Below are positions 1 through 8,891 of a stretch of 64,000 nucleotides of DNA, in pieces (the stretch's first letter is position 1; every line of letters starts with the position of its first letter). The translations under genes and the position numbers were made by a program. The DNA is from a virus. Its lineage: Duplodnaviria > Caudoviricetes. The stretch lies in the IMG/VR virus record IMGVR_UViG_3300035208_008180. One strand, written 5' to 3'. The notes under the pieces were generated by a model. That model did no database searches. It saw only the letters and a program-made list of their open reading frames with translations, and had not been told where the DNA came from.

Positions 1-343
1 TGCATCCCCAGTGCCCGAAATGCCCGGCGTACAGATACGTCCTGAATATGCCTCGGCACAGCCTTTGTGTCATGATTGCATCCAGAAACTACATTCGATG
101 GATCATTGTCATAACAGTCTCTGTATTGGCTGGCCATGCCATGAAAAATACTATATTTATCTTCCTTTATATACAGCAAATAAGAAACATCATACAAAAG
201 AACAGCCTCATTAAATGTAAGAATTTCATCATAAAACTCCCAACATTCTTGCCAGTTTCCCTCGCCACAATAAGCATCAAACATTTTCTCCCACTTTGTC
301 CGATCCTTGCCAAAATATCCTGGCTTGGCTATGATTTCCATCA

Positions 344-1354
344 TCAGTCCTCATTTTTCTTGGGAATAAACCCAAATCCATCACTCTCGTCAGATTTGGG
401 ACGCTCTTCAATCATAATTCTCAATGTTTCCACGGCATCCTTGTATTCTTCTCCTAAAATGCACACCCCAATAAACAACTCTTTCAAATGTGCAATAGAA
501 AAACCACTCGTATCCTTTGTCCATTTGGCAATATCAATTTTAATGGTGGGGTTTTGTTTCGCTAAATGCTCGAAATACAATTGTCTGCATTTCTTATTGG
601 GATTGGGCATCATAAATCTTCTGTCAAATCTGGAAGGACGATTGATAATTCGATCCCCCAATTTCTCTGGATAGTTCGTGGTTGCTAAAAAAACCACCCG
701 TTCAATTTTCTCAACACCATCCAAAATATTGAGCACCTCCGACTCTCCGTACTCTTCCAACAAGGAATCAATGTCTTCCATCAATACCACAATCTTTGTG
801 TCAGGCTGCACTTCTCTGAATAATCGCACCCCCTCCAAAAACATATGAGGCACAGAATTAAACTTGAACACAACGCCGCCACGTTCAATTACATCGGCCA
901 TAACGATCTGAATGGTACAACTCTTGCCAGAACCCGCTGGACCCCACAGAATCAATCCACGGCGATAGGTGAGCCCAAAATCGGCATAGGTTTGCTCTTT
1001 TGTCCAGAAGTTCTGAATCTCTGCCACAACCTTTGCGGATTCGCTATCAGGAAACCGTAATAACCCTTCTGTTTTTACCTGCACCTTCTCAAAATAATAT
1101 CCCTTGGTGTTAGAAAATTTAATTTCATAAACACCTGGACATAGCAAAGGAAATGTCTTTCCAGCAGGAAAGAAACGAGTACCATCAGATGTGGTCCATT
1201 GTGTCATACGTCCAAATTTTTCTTCTTCTTCATCCATTATAGCATAGGGGTTTTGAGAATTTCTGGGCATCTTGGTCATAATAGCCCCCAAATTGATGGT
1301 GCTACCTTTTTTTTCCAAAATATCATTTAATATTCGCTGACTCTCAACTGACAT
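344..1354 (-). CDS. AAA+ ATPase
   Basis: Walker A GPAGSGKS, Walker B LMEDID, sensor ATTN, SRH-like NRPSRFD. Confidence 0.9.
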   Translation of the reverse strand: MSVESQRILNDILEKKGSTINLGAIMTKMPRNSQNPYAIMDEEEEKFGRMTQWTTSDGTRFFPAGKTFPLLCPGVYEIKFSNTKGYYFEKVQVKTEGLLRFPDSESAKVVAEIQNFWTKEQTYADFGLTYRRGLILWGPAGSGKSCTIQIVMADVIERGGVVFKFNSVPHMFLEGVRLFREVQPDTKIVVLMEDIDSLLEEYGESEVLNILDGVEKIERVVFLATTNYPEKLGDRIINRPSRFDRRFMMPNPNKKCRQLYFEHLAKQNPTIKIDIAKWTKDTSGFSIAHLKELFIGVCILGEEYKDAVETLRIMIEERPKSDESDGFGFIPKKNED

Positions 1355-1392
1355 CCTTTATCTCCTTGTTGAAGTTAAAATTCTACAGAGTT

Positions 1393-1421
1393 ATTATAAA
1401 AGAAATGATTGATAATGTCCA
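1393..1421 (-). promoter_or_regulatory. sigma70-like promoter for AAA ATPase gene
   Basis: TGGACA-17 nt-TATAAT on minus strand. Confidence 0.6.
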
Positions 1422-1446
1422 TATATAAAATCTGAGGTATTTAAAA

Positions 1447-1806
1447 ATGAAAACTTTTCAACAATTTATGGAAATGGCTAGAGTGGCAGCCATAAAACCA
1501 GCTATCAAGTCGCAAATGAATCGAGAGATCAATGCAATTGCCAAAGGGTTTCATGATAAAATACCCCTCTCGCCAATCTTTGCCGTTCTGGAAAAACTGG
1601 GCTACCAAGCCGTGCAAGAAGATGGCACCCCGTGGTCGGGAATGCTGGTCGGCGGGGGAGAGTGCGGCAGCGAACAATCTAGAAGCCAAGTGGCCAACAT
1701 TGACATTGTTCGCAAAGAAGATAATACCCCAATGAACAATGCCCTCTACCTATCCTGGTGTAAAATGCCATCAGGCCGATATGAAGTCGTTGCATACATT
1801 AGTTAA
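1447..1806 (+). CDS. hypothetical protein with capsid-targeting-like N-terminal tag (putative internal virion protein)
   Basis: Starts MKTFQQFME; upstream ATATATA box (1421-1427) and GAGG RBS. Confidence 0.7.
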   Translation: MKTFQQFMEMARVAAIKPAIKSQMNREINAIAKGFHDKIPLSPIFAVLEKLGYQAVQEDGTPWSGMLVGGGECGSEQSRSQVANIDIVRKEDNTPMNNALYLSWCKMPSGRYEVVAYIS

Positions 1807-1807
1807 T

Positions 1808-1844
1808 AAAAAAAGCCCCGCTCATCCGAAAATGAGCGGGGCTT
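1808..1844. terminator. intrinsic terminator between convergent genes
   Basis: 13-bp stem AAGCCCCGCTCAT/ATGAGCGGGGCTT with flanking A-tract (U-tract on minus strand). Confidence 0.8.
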
Positions 1845-1866
1845 GCCTTCGGCACCGACCCAGACG

Positions 1867-3159
1867 CTATTTCTTTTTAGTAGGCTGAACCATATTCGGG
1901 TCCAACGACAAATCCTTAGCGGTCTTCGCTGTCAACAGGGCGATCAAATCAGAAGCTCCATTTTGTGCTCCTGCGGTGCCAGTTGCTCCATTTCCCATAA
2001 CAATCGACGGCACCCAACTTCCCTCATGCTTCGCAATAGCTTCGGCATAAGCCTTGTTGATTTCAACCCAAGCGGCCAATTTCTTTTCCAAAGCACCGTC
2101 AGCCTCCATCACCAATGTGCGACGTTTGGCTTCACCTTCACCCAAGGCAATTTGCTCTTTCTTTGTCATTTCGGCTGCTTGTGCTGCCAACTCGGCCACC
2201 TTCAATTCCTGGGCAGCCTTGGTTTCGGCCACGGACTTTTCCTGCTTCGCCTTAGTTTCAGCCACAGTCTTGTCCTGGTCAGCCTTGGCAACTTCCTTAG
2301 CGGCAACTGTCTTTTGCTCCCACTCAGCCTTGGCAGCATTAGCTTCACCTTGCTTCTTGGTTGTAATACATTCCTGCTCGGCTTGTTTCGCAGTAGCCAT
2401 AGCGATCTGAACTTGCATAGTCAGTTTTTGCTGCTGGCTAATTTGTTCTTCAACCTGCGGATCGTATGCAACTTCATTGATACTAAGATTAAAAACCTTA
2501 ATCCCAAATTGCTTCAAAGGACTTTCTTCTGCTCTCTTTGGCTTTCCGTCCTTATCAGTAACTAACTCAACTTTGGCAATTGTCTTAATAGCACCTGTAA
2601 GAGGGTCAGTTGCCTGCTCTTGAGTAGTCTTGGTAAGATAAACACCATTCTGGATTTGATCCTCAATCAAATTAAGCAATTCATTCCGGCGTTCGGCATA
2701 AGATTCCTTTGAACTCATGGTCGGGCCAGTCATATAAATTGACTTCTCGATGATTGTGCGAATCAATTGCTGTTCGACCGCCAAATGGCTTCCATATTGC
2801 TGATGAATACGTGTTAGATGCTCTTCATCCAATGGCATCTCCCAACTAATACCGCCTGACAGTTGGGCATGCCCACCGTCATTGAATCGGATTTTGATAG
2901 AGTTGTCTGCGGCAGCAGCCCCTTGGTCATTCTTGGCAGAGAACCAAAACTGTGACCGTCTATCATAGCAAGTTACTTTGCCGAATCCTTGATACTTCAC
3001 GCCCTGTGATGTGTACCAATCTAGTTGGCCTTTGACCGGGCTCTGAATTACCATAAGTTGTTTGGCGTCCAAGTTCTCAAAAAATCCAAACAAACTAAAA
3101 CACACAACAACACACAAAATCACAGAAACCAACAACAACAACACTTTTCTCGGGTCCAT
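1867..3159 (-). CDS. SPFH/band 7 (flotillin/prohibitin-like) membrane protein
   Basis: N-terminal TM helix, SPFH-like domain, long Ala/Glu/Lys coiled coil; start MDPRK after GGAG. Confidence 0.8.
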   Translation of the reverse strand: MDPRKVLLLLVSVILCVVVCFSLFGFFENLDAKQLMVIQSPVKGQLDWYTSQGVKYQGFGKVTCYDRRSQFWFSAKNDQGAAAADNSIKIRFNDGGHAQLSGGISWEMPLDEEHLTRIHQQYGSHLAVEQQLIRTIIEKSIYMTGPTMSSKESYAERRNELLNLIEDQIQNGVYLTKTTQEQATDPLTGAIKTIAKVELVTDKDGKPKRAEESPLKQFGIKVFNLSINEVAYDPQVEEQISQQQKLTMQVQIAMATAKQAEQECITTKKQGEANAAKAEWEQKTVAAKEVAKADQDKTVAETKAKQEKSVAETKAAQELKVAELAAQAAEMTKKEQIALGEGEAKRRTLVMEADGALEKKLAAWVEINKAYAEAIAKHEGSWVPSIVMGNGATGTAGAQNGASDLIALLTAKTAKDLSLDPNMVQPTKKK

Positions 3160-3206
3160 TGAGTTCTCTCCTTGATACGAGGGTTCAGAATAAACACTAC
3201 TACGCT

Positions 3207-3446
3207 TCATTTCATTTGCCTTTCTTCAATTTCTATTTCTGCTTGCAATGCTTTCAATTGTCTTTTCTTTTTTGCCAAATCCACCTCCTCTTTGGCTGAT
3301 GCTAATGCGGCATCAACTGTTTTGTTTTTCCGCTTAAAAATAGGAAAAGTTGGTCGGCCCAAAAGAATAGGAGCGATTACTTGGGTTATGGTAAACCCAA
3401 CTATCAACACCACAATAATAAACTGGACAGCTTCTAAAAAGACCAT
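3207..3446 (-). CDS. small membrane protein with coiled coil
   Basis: TM helix then charged helix; GGAGG RBS; upstream of SPFH gene. Confidence 0.7.
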   Translation of the reverse strand: MVFLEAVQFIIVVLIVGFTITQVIAPILLGRPTFPIFKRKNKTVDAALASAKEEVDLAKKKRQLKALQAEIEIEERQMK

Positions 3447-3471
3447 ATATTACCCTCCATTGATTCCAAAG

Positions 3472-3500
3472 ATTATAACCAATTTAGGATTTCTTTGCAA
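3472..3500 (-). promoter_or_regulatory. sigma70-like promoter
   Basis: TTGCAA-17 nt-TATAAT. Confidence 0.65.
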
Positions 3501-3551
3501 GATAAAAACCCGGCTGCACTTGCGTGCAACCGGGCTCGAAAGGAGACGCCG

Positions 3552-3980
3552 TTATTTTTCATCTAAAGAACGCAATGCTGTAGTAAGAAGGAACAAATCT
3601 ATTCTGTCATCCTGAGACCAACCAGCATCGCCCGCACCACATACGCAAACAAATTGCTCGGCAGTTGCAGCGGCAATAATATCTGCTTTTTCCTCTTCTG
3701 ATAGTTTTCTCACGCAAAAAACATCATGCATATCAAGTCTGCAACATGCACACAGAGTTTGCAAAAGCCTTGAGTTAAATTCCCCATCCTCAAATTCAAC
3801 TTGATGAATTATTTTGGATAGAATTCCTTTTGGCAACCCAATATGTTCTTCTAGTGTCGCCAATTCAACATCTTCTTTGGCTCGCTTGCGAAAAGACTCT
3901 GCAACACCTTCGCAGATTCTTTTTTTTACTCCAGGCATACCGCCGTCAAAATATTCCCAAACGCATTTTTCATCAAACAT
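3552..3980 (-). CDS. hypothetical protein, possible XRE-like HTH
   Basis: LATLEEHIGLPKGILSKII resembles an HTH. Confidence 0.45.
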   Translation of the reverse strand: MFDEKCVWEYFDGGMPGVKKRICEGVAESFRKRAKEDVELATLEEHIGLPKGILSKIIHQVEFEDGEFNSRLLQTLCACCRLDMHDVFCVRKLSEEEKADIIAAATAEQFVCVCGAGDAGWSQDDRIDLFLLTTALRSLDEK

Positions 3981-3982
3981 GG

Positions 3983-4483
3983 TTAAACTTTCGGCAAAAT
4001 TCTTGCCTTGATGTCTGCGATGATTTTTTCTTTGTCATAATCAGGGGCATCTTCGTGGGATGTGTGACCTGGACCGTATAATTTATTCAGGTTCTTTACG
4101 TCATCATCTTCGGCATCTGGATTATCCCAATCTTGATCTGCATTGCCGTATGCTTGCTTTGTGTCTGTATTCCACGGATTGCCATCTGTAGGAATATAGG
4201 CTCGTAATTTTTTGCCATCCCAGTAGACCACAAAGAAGACTGGTATTTCCCAATCGCCGCCAGCACTGACACCAAAAAAAGTCATGCCGTTGTCTAATGT
4301 GTTGTAACCAAGCAATCCCTCTAATTCATAACAACAATTGCTGGTATCTGTGGTTACATTTTCAAAATCGAATTCGACCTTGAAATCACTTCGCACAAAA
4401 TTGTAATCATACACATTACGTTGGGATGCACCGATTTTCCCAGCCAATTCAACAGCTTCAATAGGGGCAAAAAATCTTGGCAT
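3983..4483 (-). CDS. hypothetical protein
   Basis: ORF, start MPRFF after AGGA. Confidence 0.6.
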   Translation of the reverse strand: MPRFFAPIEAVELAGKIGASQRNVYDYNFVRSDFKVEFDFENVTTDTSNCCYELEGLLGYNTLDNGMTFFGVSAGGDWEIPVFFVVYWDGKKLRAYIPTDGNPWNTDTKQAYGNADQDWDNPDAEDDDVKNLNKLYGPGHTSHEDAPDYDKEKIIADIKARILPKV

Positions 4484-4485
4484 TT

Positions 4486-4589
4486 TTATTTCCTGTGTTC
4501 TACAACAGCTTGGCAAAACTTAAACACATCTTCGCCAGACCATCCGTTTTTCGCATATTGTGCCATCAATGACACAAATTGAATATTAG
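4486..4589 (-). pseudogene. C-terminal remnant of an HNH-type endonuclease
   Basis: Frame reads NIQFVSLMAQYAKNGWSGEDVFKFCQAV*, resembling the GNxQFVxxxxNxAK...FC tail of phage HNH endonucleases; abuts the tmRNA 3' end. Confidence 0.45.
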
Positions 4590-4933
4590 TGGAGGTGCTG
4601 GGAATCGCACCCAGGTCACGCACGGCACGCCAATGAGTTTCTACATGTGTATCTTGCCGTTTATGTCGTCTGTATAAGCCACAGCAAGCAAAGGCTCATA
4701 CGACCTATCGGCGTTATCTTAGTTCAATTTACGCCATCTACATTGAACGCAGCCAAATTTTTGACGGGTTTTTGGACGCCTTGGCGAGCTTCCTCAACCC
4801 GTGGCCACTCACGCAGCCAGTGCAACGTAATCGTTAGCAACTAAATTTTTGACCAACTTTTTTACATGGCCTGTTGGTCAGCCATGACATGCAACTCAAG
4901 GGCTAAAACCGTCGTTCGATTCTATTCACCCCC
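4590..4933 (-). ncRNA. ssrA: tmRNA, tag (A)ANDYVALAA
   Basis: 5' GGGGGTG pairs with 3' CACCTCC-A including G3-U; T-arm CTGGG-TGCGATT-CCCAG; resume context TAGTT-GCT; tag ORF 4838-4809; 344 nt; encoded end is A-CTA, not A-CCA. Confidence 0.93.
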
Positions 4934-5050
4934 GTTTCGGCTTTTTGCCATCCACACACAGTTTACGAAGAAGCCGAAAACTCCCTCACTGTCTTTCAAA
5001 CGCATGAATGGGGCCTGTACGCTAAGCTTTCGCTTCGGTCAGGTAACGCC

Positions 5051-5078
5051 ATTATACTTCAGAAACTTAGTTTGTAAA
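5051..5078 (-). promoter_or_regulatory. sigma70-like promoter for tmRNA
   Basis: TTTACA-16 nt-TATAAT, about 115 nt before the tmRNA. Confidence 0.6.
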
Positions 5079-5083
5079 CCCCA

Positions 5084-5467
5084 TTAGCTCCAACCATTCT
5101 CTTCACTCCATCCGGGGGGATCATAATAAGGCTTTGGCTCCCACATCAAATCATGCTCTGTTTTTTCGAATTTCACATTGTATTTACGAACAACGGCGTC
5201 AAAGTCCAAATTCTTCAATATCTCCCACCACTTTTTCCACTCTCTGGCATCCTCTGGAGAGATTGGACCACCACGCACCGCATACAAGGTTTTTTTTATC
5301 AAAGAACTATCGTGCAAAAATTCGGCTGAACAAGTAAGCATGGCATCCCTCGCACCCTTTTGAGGGGAGGCAGGGCCATAAACACATTTAGAATATGGAA
5401 TGAGCCCCAAATCAAATGCTTCTTGAACAGTCATTCGAGCACAACCAGATTGTTTATCAAACCACAT
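5084..5467 (-). CDS. hypothetical protein
   Basis: ORF with GGAG RBS. Confidence 0.6.
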   Translation of the reverse strand: MWFDKQSGCARMTVQEAFDLGLIPYSKCVYGPASPQKGARDAMLTCSAEFLHDSSLIKKTLYAVRGGPISPEDAREWKKWWEILKNLDFDAVVRKYNVKFEKTEHDLMWEPKPYYDPPGWSEENGWS

Positions 5468-5499
5468 GTTATTTACTCCTATATTGCTATACGAACATC

Positions 5500-5763
5500 A
5501 TGAATAAAAAGAGTAAAAAACACCTGGATAAAAAATGCTGTTTCTGTGGGGAAACTGATTATTCTACATTAGATGTCCACCGCATCCTCCCCGGCAGCGA
5601 TGGTGGAAAATACACAGAATCTAACACCATCACTTGCTGCTGCAAGTGTCATAGAAGAATTCATGCAAAAGAAATTTCCATATTAGGAAAAAGATTCTGC
5701 ACAAATGGTCGATACTTGGTACATTTTATAGAGGGTGCAAAAGAACAGTTTAGAGAAATCTAG
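5500..5763 (+). CDS. HNH endonuclease
   Basis: CxxC...DVHRI.P...GG.Y...N....CxxCH motifs. Confidence 0.8.
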   Translation: MNKKSKKHLDKKCCFCGETDYSTLDVHRILPGSDGGKYTESNTITCCCKCHRRIHAKEISILGKRFCTNGRYLVHFIEGAKEQFREI

Positions 5764-5963
5764 CCACCCTTAAAGGCTTCCCCCAAGCCGTAGAGAAATG
5801 CACCAATCAATCCCATCCAATACCCCAAAGCAGGAAGTAGAAAAACTGCAATCATTTTCCAAATACTCGGGTCTGGTTTGGCTCCCATAATCAGGGCAAA
5901 CAACATTCCAACACCACCCACAAGGGCCAAAAAAAATCCGATTAAAACATAAACCCAGAACAT
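5760..5963 (-). CDS. small two-TM membrane protein
   Basis: two hydrophobic helices, AGGAGG RBS. Confidence 0.65.
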   Translation of the reverse strand: MFWVYVLIGFFLALVGGVGMLFALIMGAKPDPSIWKMIAVFLLPALGYWMGLIGAFLYGLGEAFKGG

Positions 5964-5972
5964 GTAGCCTCC

Positions 5973-6800
5973 TTAAATATATGCTGCAAATTTCCCTCGA
6001 ACTGCTGCCTGAACCACATCGGGTTTCACCCCCTTAGCCAGCAAATACTTTGCAAACTCCTCTGGGGTGTTTGGCTCTACTGGTTTAGTACGTAAACTTT
6101 TACGCATCTTCTCTTCTGCCACGTTCATAAGAATCTCCAAAAAACTCTTCCCTGATTCTATATCCAACCCCGATCCTCGACCCATTAGGTCCATCAATTT
6201 GAAAACAATCCATATTTTAATCTTGCGATCTGGGGCGAATTTGCCATCAATTCCAATTGATGCCTTAATGTGTCTACTAAGTCCCTTCTCACTAAACTCC
6301 ATATGTTTTGGAACTACAAACCACACAATTTCCTTATCTTCTGGTGATAGGTTGTCCAGAATAGACTGCCACTTATTGCCTAATTTTTTTATTTGCGGCT
6401 CATAATGCTCTGGGTCTTCGTGAGCATGGGCTGTCCATTTCCCTGGTCCGAAGTCAGGTGACATCATCTGTTTTACAGTGTGCCCAGGAAAATCAGACAA
6501 CGGTTTGATGGTATTATCGGGATATTTGTAGCCTGCGGTGGAGGCTTTGCCCACATCATGCAGCCAAGCAAGTATCCTCAAAAGCATTATATCCCCATCG
6601 CTGACCGATGGCAAGTTTGAAAAAGCCTCTTCTCCCCTAGCTTTCTCAAACATTTTCACAGCTACAGGCAGAGCTTTTCTAACAAGCCTTGTGTGTAAAA
6701 ACACAGACCCCTCTGGGTGCCATTGTGCGGACTGTGGCACATTTTTCAAAATATCCCGTAAGCTGCTCATTTCTAACCAATTTTTGAATTCCATTAACAT
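5973..6800 (-). CDS. HD-domain phosphohydrolase (CCA-enzyme-type HD), N-terminally tagged
   Basis: VPQ..WHPEGSVFLHT, LHDVGK, HAHE, KHM, MD motifs; starts MLMEFKNWLE. Confidence 0.8.
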   Translation of the reverse strand: MLMEFKNWLEMSSLRDILKNVPQSAQWHPEGSVFLHTRLVRKALPVAVKMFEKARGEEAFSNLPSVSDGDIMLLRILAWLHDVGKASTAGYKYPDNTIKPLSDFPGHTVKQMMSPDFGPGKWTAHAHEDPEHYEPQIKKLGNKWQSILDNLSPEDKEIVWFVVPKHMEFSEKGLSRHIKASIGIDGKFAPDRKIKIWIVFKLMDLMGRGSGLDIESGKSFLEILMNVAEEKMRKSLRTKPVEPNTPEEFAKYLLAKGVKPDVVQAAVRGKFAAYI

Positions 6801-6854
6801 ATCTATTGTAGAAAATTATAGTTTCTACACTAAATACAGACAAGAGGTAAAATT

Positions 6855-7043
6855 ATGGCCTTTCAATTAGACAAAGAGAATGCGATGATTGCAGGCGTAT
6901 GCAGTGGACTTGCCAAGGATTTTAGCTGTGACCCATTTATTATCAGGATATTATTTATAATATTCTTTTTAGCTGGCGGTAGCGGAATACTCCTTTACCT
7001 CATCCTTTGGCTTCTAATGGCGTTAAATACACAAGGAAAATAA
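6855..7043 (+). CDS. pspC: PspC domain protein
   Basis: MIAGVCSGLA...D..IIRILF...G.GILLYLILW. Confidence 0.85.
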   Translation: MAFQLDKENAMIAGVCSGLAKDFSCDPFIIRILFIIFFLAGGSGILLYLILWLLMALNTQGK

Positions 7044-7044
7044 T

Positions 7045-8271
7045 ATGAAATATCCCAAATTCAACAAGTTTCTCGAAAGAAAAGACCCAGAGTTGGTTCG
7101 CAAACCCAAAATTATCAAAACAGGCGACAAGCTAACTGGAGCCGATGATCTTTGCGGCGAACCCAATAAGCCACCCAAAGAAGCCAAGACACACAAAAAT
7201 ATAAAAAAAGTAGCCGATGAGCAACCTCAGGTCAAAGAAGGATTATGGGCTAAGTTTTTGGAAAAAAAGCAGGCAAGCTCTGTGGTAGAAAAACCAGCCA
7301 CGGAAATTATTGCTGACTATCCCTTCAAGCCACCCGTTGCTCCTCCCGAAGCCAAGACCAAGGGAAAAAATTGGGATACTAAGGCTCCCAAAGCCAGCAA
7401 ACCCGCTGCCTATAAGCAAGGCACAGATGCTAAGCCCAAAAATAGTGATGAAGGACTGGGTAACTTAGGGAGTATTCCCCGAGAAGAAATTAAACTCAAG
7501 GCAGGCGATTCACCACATATACCGGGCGGAAAAAGTGTTGGGGATTACACTACAAAAACAGAGACCTTCTTAAAGAAAACAAAAGGCATGCCCCTGAGCG
7601 AATTCACCCAATACATGATTAAAGAAGAGCGATCTGTTGAGGGCGTTCATCAAGCAGAAGTGCCACAAGCTATTAAATACATTGCTTCAGTAGCCAACAA
7701 TGAAAACATTTTGCGAGATTTGGTTGTGGCGTTGAGACAAAAAAAATTAATCGGCAGCCTGATGGAAATGTTGATGGAATATCCTGAGTCTTATCGATCC
7801 CTTACTAATCTTTTGGGAGAAGAACAAAAAGGCTCTATGCGTTGCAATGCATTAGTACGAGCCATGAATGAAATCGTTGGTCCTCCTATTGGAATAGACA
7901 ATATAGGAGACGATGAAGAAGTCACCCGTCGCATTGGTGATGATGGCGAACCAGAAGATTTTGAAGACGATGACGAAGATTATCCAGAGGATGATGATGA
8001 TTTTGAAGATGAGGATGAACTAGGTGACGAAGATGAATTAGGCGATGAGGATGAACTAGGTGACGAAGATGAATTAGGCGATGAGGATGAGCTAGGTGAC
8101 GAAGATGAGTTAGGCGATGAACTAGGTGGTGAAGATGAATTAGGCGGCGAAATGCCTGGAATGGGGAAACACATAATGGGCATGATGGGCAAACATATGG
8201 GAATGCATCGAGGAAAGTTTGCAATGGACCATCTTATTCATGCATTAAATCAATATATGAAAAGAGATTAA
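7045..8271 (+). CDS. basic/acidic low-complexity protein, tagged; possible prohead core/internal protein
   Basis: Starts MKYPKFNKFLE; Lys/Pro-rich N-half, DEDELG repeats near C-terminus. Confidence 0.65.
   Translation: MKYPKFNKFLERKDPELVRKPKIIKTGDKLTGADDLCGEPNKPPKEAKTHKNIKKVADEQPQVKEGLWAKFLEKKQASSVVEKPATEIIADYPFKPPVAPPEAKTKGKNWDTKAPKASKPAAYKQGTDAKPKNSDEGLGNLGSIPREEIKLKAGDSPHIPGGKSVGDYTTKTETFLKKTKGMPLSEFTQYMIKEERSVEGVHQAEVPQAIKYIASVANNENILRDLVVALRQKKLIGSLMEMLMEYPESYRSLTNLLGEEQKGSMRCNALVRAMNEIVGPPIGIDNIGDDEEVTRRIGDDGEPEDFEDDDEDYPEDDDDFEDEDELGDEDELGDEDELGDEDELGDEDELGDEDELGDELGGEDELGGEMPGMGKHIMGMMGKHMGMHRGKFAMDHLIHALNQYMKRD
8008..8145 (+). repeat. 18-bp coding tandem repeat (DEDELG), alternating A/B units
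   Basis: GATGAGGATGAACTAGGT / GACGAAGATGAATTAGGC alternate for six units plus two degenerate units. Confidence 0.95.
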
Positions 8272-8730
8272 ATGAACACATCATTCAATGAATGGCTGAA
8301 ACTTCATGAAAAGTGGGATATCATAGGCCCAAACACTCCCGTTCCTAAAGACACAGATGAAGACGACGATCCCTGGGAAGATTGGGGCGACGATGAGGAC
8401 TGGGAGGATGAAGAGCGACGAATGCGAAGAGGGCACGCATTAACTGGAGTTCGAACACCAGTAAGTGATTTGGGAACCACTCAAGGAAGAGCCTTGGGAA
8501 AAGATTCTCGACTTCCCCGTGGAATGCACATAGTAGACCCTGATAAAGAAGAGCTACAAAATGCTAAACAATACCTTGGGGCAGAATATTACAGGCTAAG
8601 AAACAAATTAGAAAAAGGTGTCGCCACCCCAGAAGAAAAACATCTACTGAGGACATTAGCCAGAAAACACATAGAAGGAATCTACCACCGTAAAAAACCT
8701 GCTACTGTGCGTAAATTCACATCCTTCTAA
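8272..8730 (+). CDS. hypothetical protein, tagged
   Basis: Starts MNTSFNEWLKLHE; acidic patch. Confidence 0.65.
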   Translation: MNTSFNEWLKLHEKWDIIGPNTPVPKDTDEDDDPWEDWGDDEDWEDEERRMRRGHALTGVRTPVSDLGTTQGRALGKDSRLPRGMHIVDPDKEELQNAKQYLGAEYYRLRNKLEKGVATPEEKHLLRTLARKHIEGIYHRKKPATVRKFTSF

Positions 8731-8891
8731 TCATCCTTATCTAGATGATGATACAACCATTCGATTGTATCATCATCATAGCCCAAATTTCTGAAACTTG
8801 CGTAATCCCCTGGAAAATCCCTTGTGGGCTCGCATGTAAACACTGTCTCTTTGAGCTTTTTGAAGAATGCCTCATCCATCGCCTTGTCCAT
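8727..8891 (-). CDS. small hypothetical protein
   Basis: TAATG coupling to upstream gene. Confidence 0.5.
   Translation of the reverse strand: MDKAMDEAFFKKLKETVFTCEPTRDFPGDYASFRNLGYDDDTIEWLYHHLDKDD

Noticed and set aside
48-2565. Long plus-strand ORFs 48-674 and 1843-2565, and similar ones (15865, 20200, 21796, 39105)
   Set aside because: They are antisense shadows of well-supported minus-strand genes and have no recognisable motifs.
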